Below are positions 1 through 11,151 of a stretch of DNA of 64,000 bases, in pieces. The position numbers were made by a program, and so were the translations under genes. Positions within the stretch are counted from its first letter, which is position 1. Every line of letters starts with the position of its first letter. The notes under the pieces are model-generated. The model ran no database searches, was not told the origin of the DNA, and was given only the letters and a program-made list of their open reading frames with translations. The DNA is from Octopus sinensis (lineage: Eukaryota), in the NCBI RefSeq assembly GCF_006345805.1, contig NC_043010.1, forward strand, positions 52,824,001 through 52,888,000, written 5' to 3'.

Positions 1-127
1 TACCAAAATCCATGCACAAGGGTTTGGTCAGCTTGGAGCTATTACAGAAGATACTTGCTCAAGGTGTTGTTGCATAGTGGAACTGAACTGAAGACCACAA
101 CTTTGGGAAGCAGGCTCCTTAACCACC
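1..127 (-). mobile_element. SINE family B, partial (runs off window edge)
   Basis: Diverged reverse complement of the family B head and CCTTGGGCAAG-type region seen at 15169 and 61559. Confidence 0.6.
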
Positions 128-475
128 AAAGTCCCTGGCCTGGCTATATTACCAGAGATGCATTACTAAATTGGAATACACTTTACAAGGCATAATGACA
201 TTGTCTGCAGGACATGTCTGAGATGCCAGCAAAGTAGCAAAACCATTTTACCATTCTGTGCAAAATCATTTAATAAATGAAGATTGCTGACTGATGGAGT
301 AACTTAAGATGATGGTTGTTGTGTGTTGGATGCATCCATGTATCAGTCATGTCCATTGAGAAGATAGCTCTATCATATTATTTGGTGAGCGAGGTAGGCC
401 CTTTTGCCTCTGTGTGGTGGTCAAGATGAGAGAGACTATAAGATAGCCAAGATTGAAAGGATTATAAATATACTA

Positions 476-1041
476 TTGGGTTGTCCGGAAAGTTTGTGCC
501 GATTTATAGTAGCTTACCTTTCGACTTATTTTAGAACATGGTTGAGTCCATAAAATAGGATTTGACTACACCTTCATTTAGAGCACAGTTTAAGCTATGT
601 TTTCGTGGAAGAAGGCTTATGTTCCTATAACCTGTGTTAATTCTGTAACCCTTTAAAATGGAAGGCAAGAAAGTTCATTTCCGGTACTTGATGCTTTGGG
701 AACCAGATAAAAATTGCTGCATCTCGGCTGGGATGTGTTACCCCACCCTCCACATTCACCAGATATTGCTCCTTCGGATTTCCACTTATTCAGGTCCCTG
801 CAGAATAGTCTTAATGGTAAAAATTTCAATTCCTTGGATGACGTAAAAATATACCTTGATGAATTCTTTGCCATGAAACCACCTCAATTCTGGGAAGAGG
901 GTATTTTCAAGTTAAAGGAAAGATGGAGACGCATTGTGCAACAAAATGGTTCATATTTGGCTGATTAAAAATGTAATGGCATGTATTTATTGACCTATTT
1001 CTTTCCTTTAAAAATTGGCATAAACTTTCCGGACAAACCAA
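476..1041 (+). mobile_element. Internally deleted mariner element (566 bp, non-autonomous)
   Basis: 30-bp TIRs 476-505 and 1012-1041 (27/30 match), TA on both sides (474-475, 1042-1043), transposase N- and C-terminal remnants inside. Confidence 0.92.
658..968 (+). pseudogene. Mariner transposase remnant: first ~15 codons fused out of frame to the C-terminal ~85 codons
   Basis: MEGKKVHFRYLMLWE is followed in another frame by LLHLGWDVLPHPPHSPDIAPSDFHLFRSLQN...ERWRRIVQQNGSYLAD*. HSPDIAPSD is the mariner YSPDLAPSD motif carrying the third catalytic Asp. Confidence 0.88.
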
Positions 1042-1680
1042 TATTTTCTTTTTGGCCATGTCTTCATGAATTTCTCTAAGTTAAATTTGGAGATGAAAAT
1101 TTAGGGTGGAAAGTGGGGTACCATTTTCTGATAAATCTGCTGAAATGTGGGTCAGATTCTTGAGAGTAGCCCTTGCAAATGACCCCTCACTCTCTAGTGC
1201 ATGTATCTGGGAGATACTGACATAATAACACTATTGGTAACCATAGTAATTCTTGAGTCTGGTTTGTTGGATGCTTTGATTGACTGTGAAAGTACCCCAA
1301 TCAAGATGTATGTACCATTTCAAATGTTTTGCACATTTTTTGTTTTTGCACACCTATTTCTTTCACAGTTGAAGCTACATAAACCTCTGACCATCATCCG
1401 TAATTGTCCATGTAATGTCCTTTTAATCCATTACCCCTGTGACAAATAAATGGAATGATCATTATTATAATAACTTCCTACCAACTAATATAGAATTACA
1501 AGTAGAATGACTAAATAGCTTCCGAATAACACACTGGACATTAACAAGATCCTTTTCCTAAAACTTCTCAATAATAACAGCTGATAATTCAAAAGTAATC
1601 CTCCTCCTCTTCCTCATTGTCATTATTATTATTATTATTATTATTATATTATTATTATTATTATTATTATGATCATTATT

Positions 1681-1828
1681 ATTATCCAGGTCTCTGCCTG
1701 GAACTGAACTCGGAATCTTGGGGTTAGTAACCCGTGCTCTTAACCACTTTGCCATATACCCGTGGTTAAGATCGCGGGCTACTAACTCCAAGATACCGAG
1801 CTCAATTCCAGGGAGTGACCTGAATAAT
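1681..1828. repeat. Head-to-head inverted pair of tRNA-derived heads
   Basis: Arms 1681-1747 and 1762-1828 are 57/67 complementary. Each has GTGGTTAAG (A-box-like) and GAGTTCAGTTCC/GAGCTCAATTCC (B-box-like). Flanked by (ATT)n on the left and (AAT)n on the right. Confidence 0.8.
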
Positions 1829-1844
1829 AATGATAATAATAATG

Positions 1845-1889
<45 letters not shown>

Positions 1890-1928
<39 letters not shown>

Positions 1929-2398
1929 GTTTAGCATCCGCTTTCCATACTAGCATGGGTTGAACGATTTGACCGAGGTCTGGCGAACCAGATGGCTGCA
2001 CCAGACTCCAATCTGATCTGGCAGAGTTTCTACAGCTGGATGCCCTTCCTAACGCCAACCACTCTGAGAGTGCAGTGGGTGCTTTTACGTGCCACCAGCA
2101 CGAGGGCCAGTCAAGCAGGACTGGCAATGGCCACACTCAAATGGTGCTTTTTATGTGCCACCTACATAGGAACCAGTCCAGTGGCACTGGCAACGACCAC
2201 GCTCGAATGTTTTTTTCAGGTGCCACCAGCACAAGTGCTAGTAAAGCAACACAGGTAACAATCACGCTCGAATGATGTTTTTAATGTGCCATAGGCACAG
2301 AGGCCAGCTTGTTGCTCCGGCAACGATCTCACTCGTATGGTACTCTTAGCGCTCCACTAGCACGGATGCCAGTCATCGAATTTGATTTCGATTTCGAT
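1890..2398 (-). mobile_element. RTE-type LINE 3' UTR fragment with (GAT)n tail
   Basis: Reverse complement matches the 3' UTR of the LINE at 56490-56896 (GGCACGTAAAAGCACCCAC...GTTAGGAAGGGCATCCAGCTGTAGAAAC). Confidence 0.8.
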
Positions 2399-2709
2399 AT
2401 CAAATGTATATTTCTACTTCAGATATTACATATCTAGAGAGTCTAGCACTAATAATATATGTATATTCCTATTTTAGTCAACTTATTTATCTAGTCTATT
2501 TAGATATCATACATAGAGATTTAATCAGTCATAATATAAATGTATATTCCTATTTTAGTTAGCTCTTTTGTTAAGTCTATATTGGACACCACACCTAGAA
2601 ATCCTATGAATATTAAATATTTATTCCCATTCCAGTTAACTATTTGCCGAGTCTATTTGACAGTACACACAGACATCTTTTTTCCTATGAATATTATAAG
2701 TATATTTAT

Positions 2710-3390
2710 GGTGGTGAGCTGGCAGAATCTTTAGCATGCTGAATGAAATACTTAGCGGTATTTCGTACATCTCTATGTTCTGAATTCAAATCCTGCCGAG
2801 GTCGACTTTACCTTTCATCCTTTTGGGGTCGATAAATTAAGTACCAGTTGCATACTGAGGTAGATCTAATCGACTGGCCACCTCCCCCAAAATTTCAGGT
2901 CTTGTGCCTAGAGTTGAAAAGAATATTATATATACATATATTTAAGGCAGTGAGCTGGCAGAATATTAGCACACTGGATGAAATACTTAGCAGTAGTTCG
3001 CCCGGTGCTATGTTCTGAGTTCAAATCCCAGCAAGGTCAACTTTGCCTTTCATCCCTTCGGGTCTGCTAAAATAGGCACCAGTTGAAGACAGGGGTCGAT
3101 GTAACTGACTCAACCCCACCTCCCCAAAGCTACCCTTGTGGCAAAAATTTGAAATAATATTATACATACATTTAAGGTGGCAAGCTGGTAGAATCGTTAG
3201 CAAACTAGGCAAAATGCTTAGCGGCATTTTGTCCGTCTTTACATTCTGAGTTCAAATCTCATTGAGGTCGACTTTTCTTTTTATTCTTTTCAGGATCAAT
3301 AAAATAAATACCAGTTGAAAACTAGGGTCAATGTAATCGACTTATCCTTCCCCGCAATTTCTGGCTTTGTGCCAAAATTTGAAATCAATA
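2710..3390 (+). mobile_element. Three head-to-tail SINE family A copies (starts ~2710, 2946, 3176)
   Basis: A-box TGGCAGAAT, B-box GAGTTCAAATCC, central GAGGTCGACTTTGCCTTTCATCCTTTCGGGGTCGATAAAATAAGTACCAG-type domain in each. Confidence 0.88.
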
Positions 3391-3789
3391 TTATCTGTAT
3401 ATTCCTGTCTACTATATTATCTGTATATTCCTATCTGTACCAATAGAATAAGTACTGGGCTTACAAAAGAATAAGACCTGGGGTCGAGTCGCTCGATTAA
3501 AGGCGGTGCTCCAACATGGCCGCAGTCATAAATGAATGAAACAAGTAAAAGAGTATTCCTATTTTAGCTAACTATTTCTCTTGTCTATTAGATAACACAC
3601 CTAAAGATTGTCAATTAATATTATATGTATATTCCTAGTTTAGTCACCTATTGTCTCTTCTATTAGACACCACATATAGAGATCTTATCGTCGTTAATAT
3701 TACATGTATATTCCTATTTTAGTTCACAATTTGTCTAGTCTATTAGACACCATGCACAGAATGCCAATCGATATTTATATTAACTGTAA

Positions 3790-4010
3790 GGCAGCGAGCT
3801 GGCGGAATCATTAGCACGCTGGGCAAAATGCTTAGCAGCATTTCATCCGTCTTTACATTCTGAGTTCAAATTCCACCGAAGTCAACTTTGTCTTTCATCC
3901 TCTCAGGGTTGATAAAATAAGTACCAATTGAGCACTGGGGGGGTGATGTAATCAACTTATCCCCACCCCCAAAATAGCTGGCCTTGTGCCAACATTTGAA
4001 ACTGATATTA
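3790..4010 (+). mobile_element. SINE family A
   Basis: Full head, central domain and tail. Confidence 0.88.
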
Positions 4011-5704
4011 ATATTAATTATATATTTTTATTGGTGCCCCAGCATGGCTGCGGCCTTCGGGCTAAAGCATTTTTAAGGATTTTAAGGATTTAAGGATATA
4101 TGCCTAGTCTATTAGACCCTCATGCAGAAATCCTGTCAATTCATTATTAAGAATTTAATTCTATTTTAATTAACTATTTATCCAGTGTATTAGACAACAC
4201 AACTAGAGAGTTTATCAGTTAATATTACATGTATATTCCTATTTTAGATGACAATTTACATAGTCTATTAAACACCATATCTTAGTAATACTGTATATTC
4301 TTGTTTTAGCTAGCTATTTAACTAGACTATTAGACACCATATATAGAAATCCTATTAATATTAATATTAAATGCATGTTCCTATTTTAGCTAGCTAATTG
4401 TCTAGTATAGAGATTTTATCACTGTTGATATTAAATACATATTCCTATTTTAGTTAACTATTTGCCTAGTGTATTGGGTACTGCATATAGAGATCTTACT
4501 GCTGTTAATATCAGCTGCGTTTTCCTATTTTAGTTAACTATTTCTCTTGTCTATAAGATATCATATGCTGAAATCCTGTCAATATTAATATTAAATGTAT
4601 ACTCCTATTTTAGTTGACAATTTTTTTAGTCTATAAGATGCTGCATCTTCTAATAATACATGTATATTCCAATTTTAGTGCATACTATATGTTTTGTCAG
4701 TTAGACACCACCCTTGGAGACCCTATCACTGTTACTATTAAATGTGTATTCCTATTTTAGTTAACAATTTGTCTAATCCATAAGATACTGAGCACAAATA
4801 TCTTATCTATTAATATTGCTTGTAGTAGTTAAGGCGACCATTTGTGTAGACTATTAGACACCACATATAGTAATAATATATGTATATTCCTATTTTAGCT
4901 AACTGTTTGTCTAGATTATTCAACAGTATACATATATAAACTCTATTAACATTAAGGTTACATGTATATTCCTATCTAAGTTAGCTATTTGTCTAATCTA
5001 TAAGACACCATACATAGAAATTTTACCACTGTTAATATTGAATGCAAATTCCTATTTTAGCAAGCTATTTGTCTAGCCTATAAGGCAACACACATAGAGA
5101 TCCGATCACTGTTAATATTAAACGCATATTCCTATTTTAGTGGACTATTTTTCTAGCCTATTAGACACCATACATAGAGACCTAACCATTATTAATATAT
5201 TTTTTTTATTACTTGGTCAGTCAGGAGAAAAAAGGCCAGGCCAATACCCCTTTACAGGGACTCTGAGACTGGTCAATGAAAGAGAGGGAAGAAAATATCA
5301 ATAACCATGGGACCTGGCTTGGATGTTTGCAACAGTGGACTCTGCTAAAGGAACTCCTTATCTACATTCATTAGTGACCTTGTATTTGCATTCTCTCATT
5401 TGAAATCCTCATATTTCTCAACGTCTTTCCAGTTCATTGAACTCTATACTCATGTCCCCAGGTATTGCAATATTAATATTTCAATAGTGTCTTGGATGTT
5501 TCATTCACTACAGCGGTGTCTGGTTCTCATATGCTCATTATCGTATCAATACATTGAAGGGGGGAAAACGCAAACAGTTTTGAGGCTTGCAGTCTTGATC
5601 ACAAAAAAGTGATGGTGTGAGTTAGAGCAACATCCTAAAATACATCTCTGTATTTTCTTTTCTCTATTAGTGTTTCTTTATACATCTGCACAAGTAGAAA
5701 TATA

Positions 5705-5836
5705 TACTGGCAATGGCCACACTCAAGTGGTGTTTTTTACATGCCACCTGCACAGGAGCCAGTCCAGTAGCACTGGCAATGACCTCGCTCGAATGTTTTT
5801 CACATGCCACTGGCACAAGTGCCAGTAAGGCGACAA
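5705..5836 (-). mobile_element. RTE LINE 3' UTR fragment, cut by a Helitron
   Basis: Collinear with 2120-2245; stops at the Helitron 5' end. Confidence 0.75.
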
Positions 5837-6229
5837 TCTATATATATATAAAGCTGAAGTTGTTTGTGTGTGGCAGGTTTGGTAGCCTTCAACTAACACT
5901 ATCTCCTCCGAGACCTTGCAGTGCAAGTTGACCAAAATTGAGAGTATGATAGAAGAAAGCTTGCTCTTCATTGCATAGAAGATAAAGTTCGAATCGGACC
6001 ATGTTAAGAGCAAAAATTATTTACATCAAGAAGGTGCTTTTTTTCTATGAAAATCCCTATTTTTTTACGATTTTTTTACTGCTGTGTCGCCATTTTTCGC
6101 TGTATTTCAACCAGAAAAATGTTCACTTAAAGAGAATAACAAGCTACATAATGCAAAATTTTTACTTTTCAAAAATTCCAATTCTAAAGGGTCGAAACAA
6201 ACCCGAGAAACGCTGAGTGATACTGCTTA
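5837..6229 (+). mobile_element. Non-autonomous Helitron, copy 1
   Basis: A|TC start (TCTATATATATATAAAG), collinear with 50757-51147; 3' hairpin and CTAG end are degenerate. Confidence 0.75.
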
Positions 6230-6242
6230 TTATTATTATAAA

Positions 6243-6461
6243 GGCAGTGAGATGATGGAATTGTTAAGACATTGGACAAAATGCTTGGCAGTATTTCTTC
6301 CAGTTTTATGTTCTGAGTTTAAATGTTGCTGAGGCTGACTTTGTCTTTTATCCTTTCTAGATCGATAAAATAAGTACCAGTTGAGTACTGGGGTAAATAT
6401 ATAATTGACTGATATCCTCCCCTCAAACTGGTGGCCTTGAGCCAAAATTTAAAACTACTAC

Positions 6462-6510
<49 letters not shown>

Positions 6511-6767
6511 GCAGTGAGCTGGAGGAATCATTAGCATGTTGGGTGAAATGCTTAGTAGTGTTTTGTCCATTTTTATGTTCTGAGTTCAAATTCCGCCAAG
6601 GTTGACATTGCCTTTCATCATTTCGGGTTAGGGTTAGGGTTAAGTACCAGTGAAACACTGGGGTCGATGTAATCGACTTGTCCTCTGCCCCTGAATTTCA
6701 GGCCTTGTTCCTTTAGTAGAAAAAATTATAATTATTATTATTATTATTATTATCATTATTAATATTG

Positions 6768-6798
<31 letters not shown>

Positions 6799-6850
6799 CA
6801 TCATCATTAAGGCAGGAAGTTGTAGAATCAATAACATGTTGGACATAATG
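6243..6850 (+). mobile_element. Chain of SINE family A copies (starts ~6243, 6511, 6810) joined by (ATT)n
   Basis: Family A head and central domain; the second copy carries a (GGGTTA)3 patch. Confidence 0.85.
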
Positions 6851-7374
6851 CCAAGTAAGGGTTCTGTCAGTTATATTCTTTCCCATTCTTACTTCATATC
6901 CTACCAGAAAAAAAATGACTTTATTGTTCAACCCCAATGGGTTAACAAAATAGATATTAGACATGTTCTGAGGTTAATTCAATTGATCTATGTGCTTTAT
7001 TGGGTTATATATGGCCTTTTGCCAATGTAAGAAATCAATGAGTTCAAAACTGACATAGTTAGAAGGACTTACTTCAGCCGTGCAGCTTCAGGGGCTGGTG
7101 ATAAGAAACGAGACAAGAAACTTTATATTTGCATGTCAAAGTAAACCAGGGGTTTTGTGTGGAATTTCCTCAAATCATGCTGTAAAGTTGTCCCTCATTA
7201 TGATAATGTTAAAACAGCTATATACAAGGAGGGAGATGTCAATCCATACAGAAAGGAAGACCAAGGCAAATTGATCAGATATTGTTATCAAGGACAACAG
7301 GAAAGAACCTGCCTCTCTTTTTTGTTGTTGGTTTTGTTGTTCTTCATTGTTAGTGAAATTTTTATTTCTTTATA

Positions 7375-7417
<43 letters not shown>

Positions 7418-7756
7418 TATGTTTGACTTTTGCTTTATGTTTGTACAAGTTGGCTCCAAGTCTCACCCAGAGACCTCAAGGGACAACAAGTTGGAAGTTC
7501 ACGTTGTTGTTACGCCTAGTGTGCCATATATTTGGGGGTTTTTTTGTGTTGTACTAGTGAATGTCTAATAAATAAATTAAAAAAAAAAAGTTTGTTTTAA
7601 ACCTTGAGATTACATAGAGAGTATTTTGCGTAGGATATGAGCAGTTCCTATGAGCACTATCTTTTGAATTTCTGCCATTTTGGGGTTTCCTGGTATCTGA
7701 GTTCGGTAGCAATCAGCCCCTTTCGCTATCATTCCCAGGGCACCTATGATTATTAA

Positions 7757-8190
7757 GGTGATGAGCTGACAGAGTCATTAGAATGCTGGATAAAATGCTT
7801 AGCGATATTCACCTGTTGCTACATTCTGAGTTCAAATTCTGCCGAGCCCAACTTTGCCTTTCATCTTTTTGGGGTTGATAAATTAGTACCGGTTAGACAT
7901 GGGGGTTGATGTAATTGACTTACCCCCTCCCCTCCAAATTTCAGGCCTTGTGCCTATAGTAGAAAGGATTGTTATTAAGCCAATGAACTGGCAGAATTGT
8001 TATTGTGCCAGGCAAGATGCTCAGCAACATTTTGTCCATCCTTTTGTTATGAGTTCAAATTCTGCCAGGGTTGACTTTGCCTTTCATCATCTCAGGGTCA
8101 ATAAAATGAGTACCAGTTGTGTACTGGAGTCAATGTAATACATTTAGCTCTTCCCTTGAAATTGTTGGCCTTGTGCCAAAATTTGAAACC
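7757..8190 (+). mobile_element. Two head-to-tail SINE family A copies
   Basis: Family A motifs starting ~7757 and ~7978. Confidence 0.85.
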
Positions 8191-8369
8191 CTTATTATTA
8201 TTGTTGTTGTTGTTGTTATTGTTATTTTTGGTTTTAACCATTTTGCTCAATGAAAATCAGACTTCACCAGTGCCCACTGACTTAAGGTTTCATCTTTGTA
8301 CTGTCATCTACGCAGTTAATAATGGCTTGAAATTTTGTCACGAGGCCAGTAAATTCTAGTAAGAAGGGA

Positions 8370-8540
8370 CTAATCAACTTACGCCAACCTTGGTACTTGG
8401 CTGGTACTTATTTTATCAACCGCAGGGGGTTGAAAAGCGAAATTGGTCTCAGTGGAATTTGAACTCAGAATGTAACAAACGACAAGAAATACTCTAGGCA
8501 TTTTGCCGATACTCAAACAATTCTGCCAGTTTGCTTCCTT
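8370..8540 (-). mobile_element. SINE family A, diverged
   Basis: GGAATTTGAACTCAGAA and GGTACTTATTTTATC are reverse complements of family A motifs. Confidence 0.7.
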
Positions 8541-8658
8541 CCCTTGTGGCTAATAATTAAAATCATTTTGTTATTATTATTTAACTGATTTTTTTTTTTA
8601 TTATTGCAAAAAATATGTTCAAAGAAAAAATTTATTCTTCAAAAAAAGAATATCTATA

Positions 8659-8690
<32 letters not shown>

Positions 8691-8885
8691 TGGTCATATT
8701 TCACATAAGTGATTATAACTACATTTGGGACACAATAGATACCTATTTCATATATTTCTATAAAATTTTCATACATTATGTATATATGTATGTGTGCATG
8801 TGTGTCTGTATGTATATGCCTGTGTTTCTTTATATATTTATACACACACACACGCACACACACATACAATATCATATATTATTGA

Positions 8886-9315
8886 TCGATGCCAGTGCTC
8901 AATGACTGGCTCTCATGCCAGTAGCATGTAAAAAGCACTATCTGAGAGTGGTCGATGCCAGTGCTGCCTGAGTGGCTCCCATACTGGTGGCACATAAAAA
9001 GCACCATCCGAGCGTGGCCAATGCCAGTGCTACCTGACTGGCTCTCTTGCCAGTGGCATATAAAAATCACCATTCGAGCATTGTCGTTGCCAGTACCGCC
9101 TGACTGGCTCCCATGCCAGTGGCATGTAAAAAGCACCCACTACACTCTCAGAGTGGTTGGCATTAGGAAGGGCATCCAGCTGTAGAAACCTTGCCCGATC
9201 AGATTAGAGCCTGGTGCAGTCTCCTAGCTTGCCAGGCCTCAGTCAAACCGTCCAACCCATGCCAGCATGGAAAGCAGATGTTAAATGATGATGAAGATGG
9301 TGATGATGATGATGA
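8886..9315 (+). mobile_element. RTE LINE 3' UTR fragment with four ~66-bp subrepeats and (GAT)n tail
   Basis: Subrepeats start ~8888, 8954, 9020, 9086, followed by the conserved terminal block. Confidence 0.82.
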
Positions 9316-9419
9316 TTGATCTCTATTTGCTGAACAGCTAATTTGCAGAACATGCCAACCCCACTCACTACCACCACCACCACCATCACCACACATACAC
9401 ACACACTTACATACATATA

Positions 9420-9590
9420 TATGTATGTCTGTGTAATAGGCTTCTGTATAGTTTCCCCTCAACCAGATTTCTGTCACATGGGATTGATCAGTCTGAGTTC
9501 ATGGTATAAAATATGCCCAAGGTACCACTCAATGGGATCGAACTGAAAGCCATTTGACAGCAGCCTGAATTTTTTAAACCACATAGTTAT
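9420..9590 (-). mobile_element. SINE family B head, diverged
   Basis: Reverse complement of the family B 5' half. Confidence 0.55.
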
Positions 9591-9779
9591 ACCTGCAATT
9601 ATAGTTATTTAGTAACTTATTTTTAATCCTTAGAAAATTCCTGGTTATGTCCAAAACTTTATCGAGAAACATTGGTAGTGAATTTCATTTGATATTTGGT
9701 CTTGATGAAGGTTAACAAAAACAAAACATTAGATAATGAATGCACAGGTCGATTCATAATGCAAGAATATAAGAGACAA

Positions 9780-9960
9780 TCTAGCCAAGGTTCCAGCTGA
9801 TCTGATCAATGGAATAGCCTGCTTGTGAAATTAACGTGCAAGTGGCTGAGCATTCCACAGACATGTGAACCTTTAATGTAATTCTCAGGGAGATTCAGCA
9901 TGGTACAGAATGTGACAAGGCTGGCCCTCTGAAATACAGGTACTACCTTTTTCTTCTGCC
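9780..9960 (-). mobile_element. SINE family C fragment
   Basis: Reverse complement of 61070-61210 (GAAATTAACGTGCAAGTGGCTGAGCA.TCCACAGACA). Confidence 0.7.
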
Positions 9961-10185
9961 AGCAGATTACCTATGGTGTCTATGATTATTAAGACTGATT
10001 ATAGGTTAACCCAGGGTTAAATGACAACAGCATGCACAGCTCTATAGCTGTAGATTTGAGTGAAAGATTAAGAAGATTGTCTTGTAATAAACCTTTTTGA
10101 ACCCCCACCCCCCTCCAATGCTCATCCTGGGACTGTCTCCGGATGTAAAATACAAATGTTCTGCTTTAATATTATCTAAATTAAA

Positions 10186-10600
10186 GGCGGCGAGCTGGCA
10201 GAAATGTTAGCATGCCAGGCGAAATGCTTAGCAGTATTTCGTCTGTCTTTACGTTCTGAGTTCAAATTCTGCCAAGGTCGACTTTGCCTTTCATCCTTTC
10301 GGGGTCAATAAATTAAATATGAATTGCGTACTGGGGTTTATCTAATCGACTGGCCATCTCCCCCAAAATTTCAAGCCATGTGCCTAGAGTAGAAAAGAAT
10401 ATTTATACTATTTGTAAGGCAACAAGCTGGCAGAAACATTAGCATGGGGGGCAAAATACTTAGAAGTATTTCGTCTGTCTTTACGTTCTCAGTTCAAATT
10501 CTGCCGAGGTCAACTCTGCCTTTCATCCTTTCAGAGTTGATAAATAAAGTACCAGTTGCGTACTGGGGTCAATCTAATCGACTGGCCACCTTCCCCTCAT
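10186..10600 (+). mobile_element. Two head-to-tail SINE family A copies
   Basis: Near-consensus copies starting 10186 and 10418. Confidence 0.9.
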
Positions 10601-11151
10601 GACCGAAGCAAGTAAAAGATTAAATGTAAAAGACACAAATAATAGATTTTTCAAAGTAATTGAAGCAAAGAATGTTTCAACAGAAATACAGGTAATTAAA
10701 AGGTTTAATTAGTGCAGGTTTTGATTGATCCCAATACATGATAACACATATAAGTGTCTTCTAACATGCCCACCAAGTGCATCCAAGTGAATGGAAACTG
10801 TGTGGAATCTCCCATCAGACCGTACCAGTAATTCAAAGATCTGACCCAGTCATGAAAACGCTGCAGCCAGTGGGACTTTTTGGACAGCATGCCTAATGGA
10901 AAATTACCTTGATTGTGGAACTTTCTGGATGGTACACCAAATGAAAAGTTACCTTGAATGGGTTTTTAGTAGTGCGGACTGCTTGATGACGAGCCATGTT
11001 TCATGTGATCCATGTCTCAGTTGACCCATGTCTCATGTGAGCCACTTCTTAGAAATCATTGCTTATGCCTGGTCTAGCCAGTCATACACTGCCATATTGC
11101 TTTCTACTTGTGAATTGCATTGAGGGTGCATTTTTCAGTACATGTTGTGAA

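Larger units (their letters stand above)
2399..5200. repeat. Degenerate ~80-bp AT-rich minisatellite array interrupted by SINEs
   Basis: The motif TATTCCTATTTTAG recurs at 4234, 4296, 4376, 4440, 4520, 4600, 4665, 4747, 4885, 4967, 5047 and 5127. Spacings are 80-82 or 62-65 bp, with one double interval. More copies lie at 2460-2700 and 3550-3720. Confidence 0.88.

Noticed and set aside
1160-1450. Possible LINE endonuclease remnant on the minus strand
   Set aside because: Only a vague resemblance; no motif could be aligned.
5205-5640. Possible minus-strand terminal exon (DVALTHTITFL*) with AATAAA
   Set aside because: Weak acceptor, very short frame, and AATAAA is common in this AT-rich DNA.
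10700-10960. Possible decayed LINE C-terminus
   Set aside because: No continuous recognisable motif.
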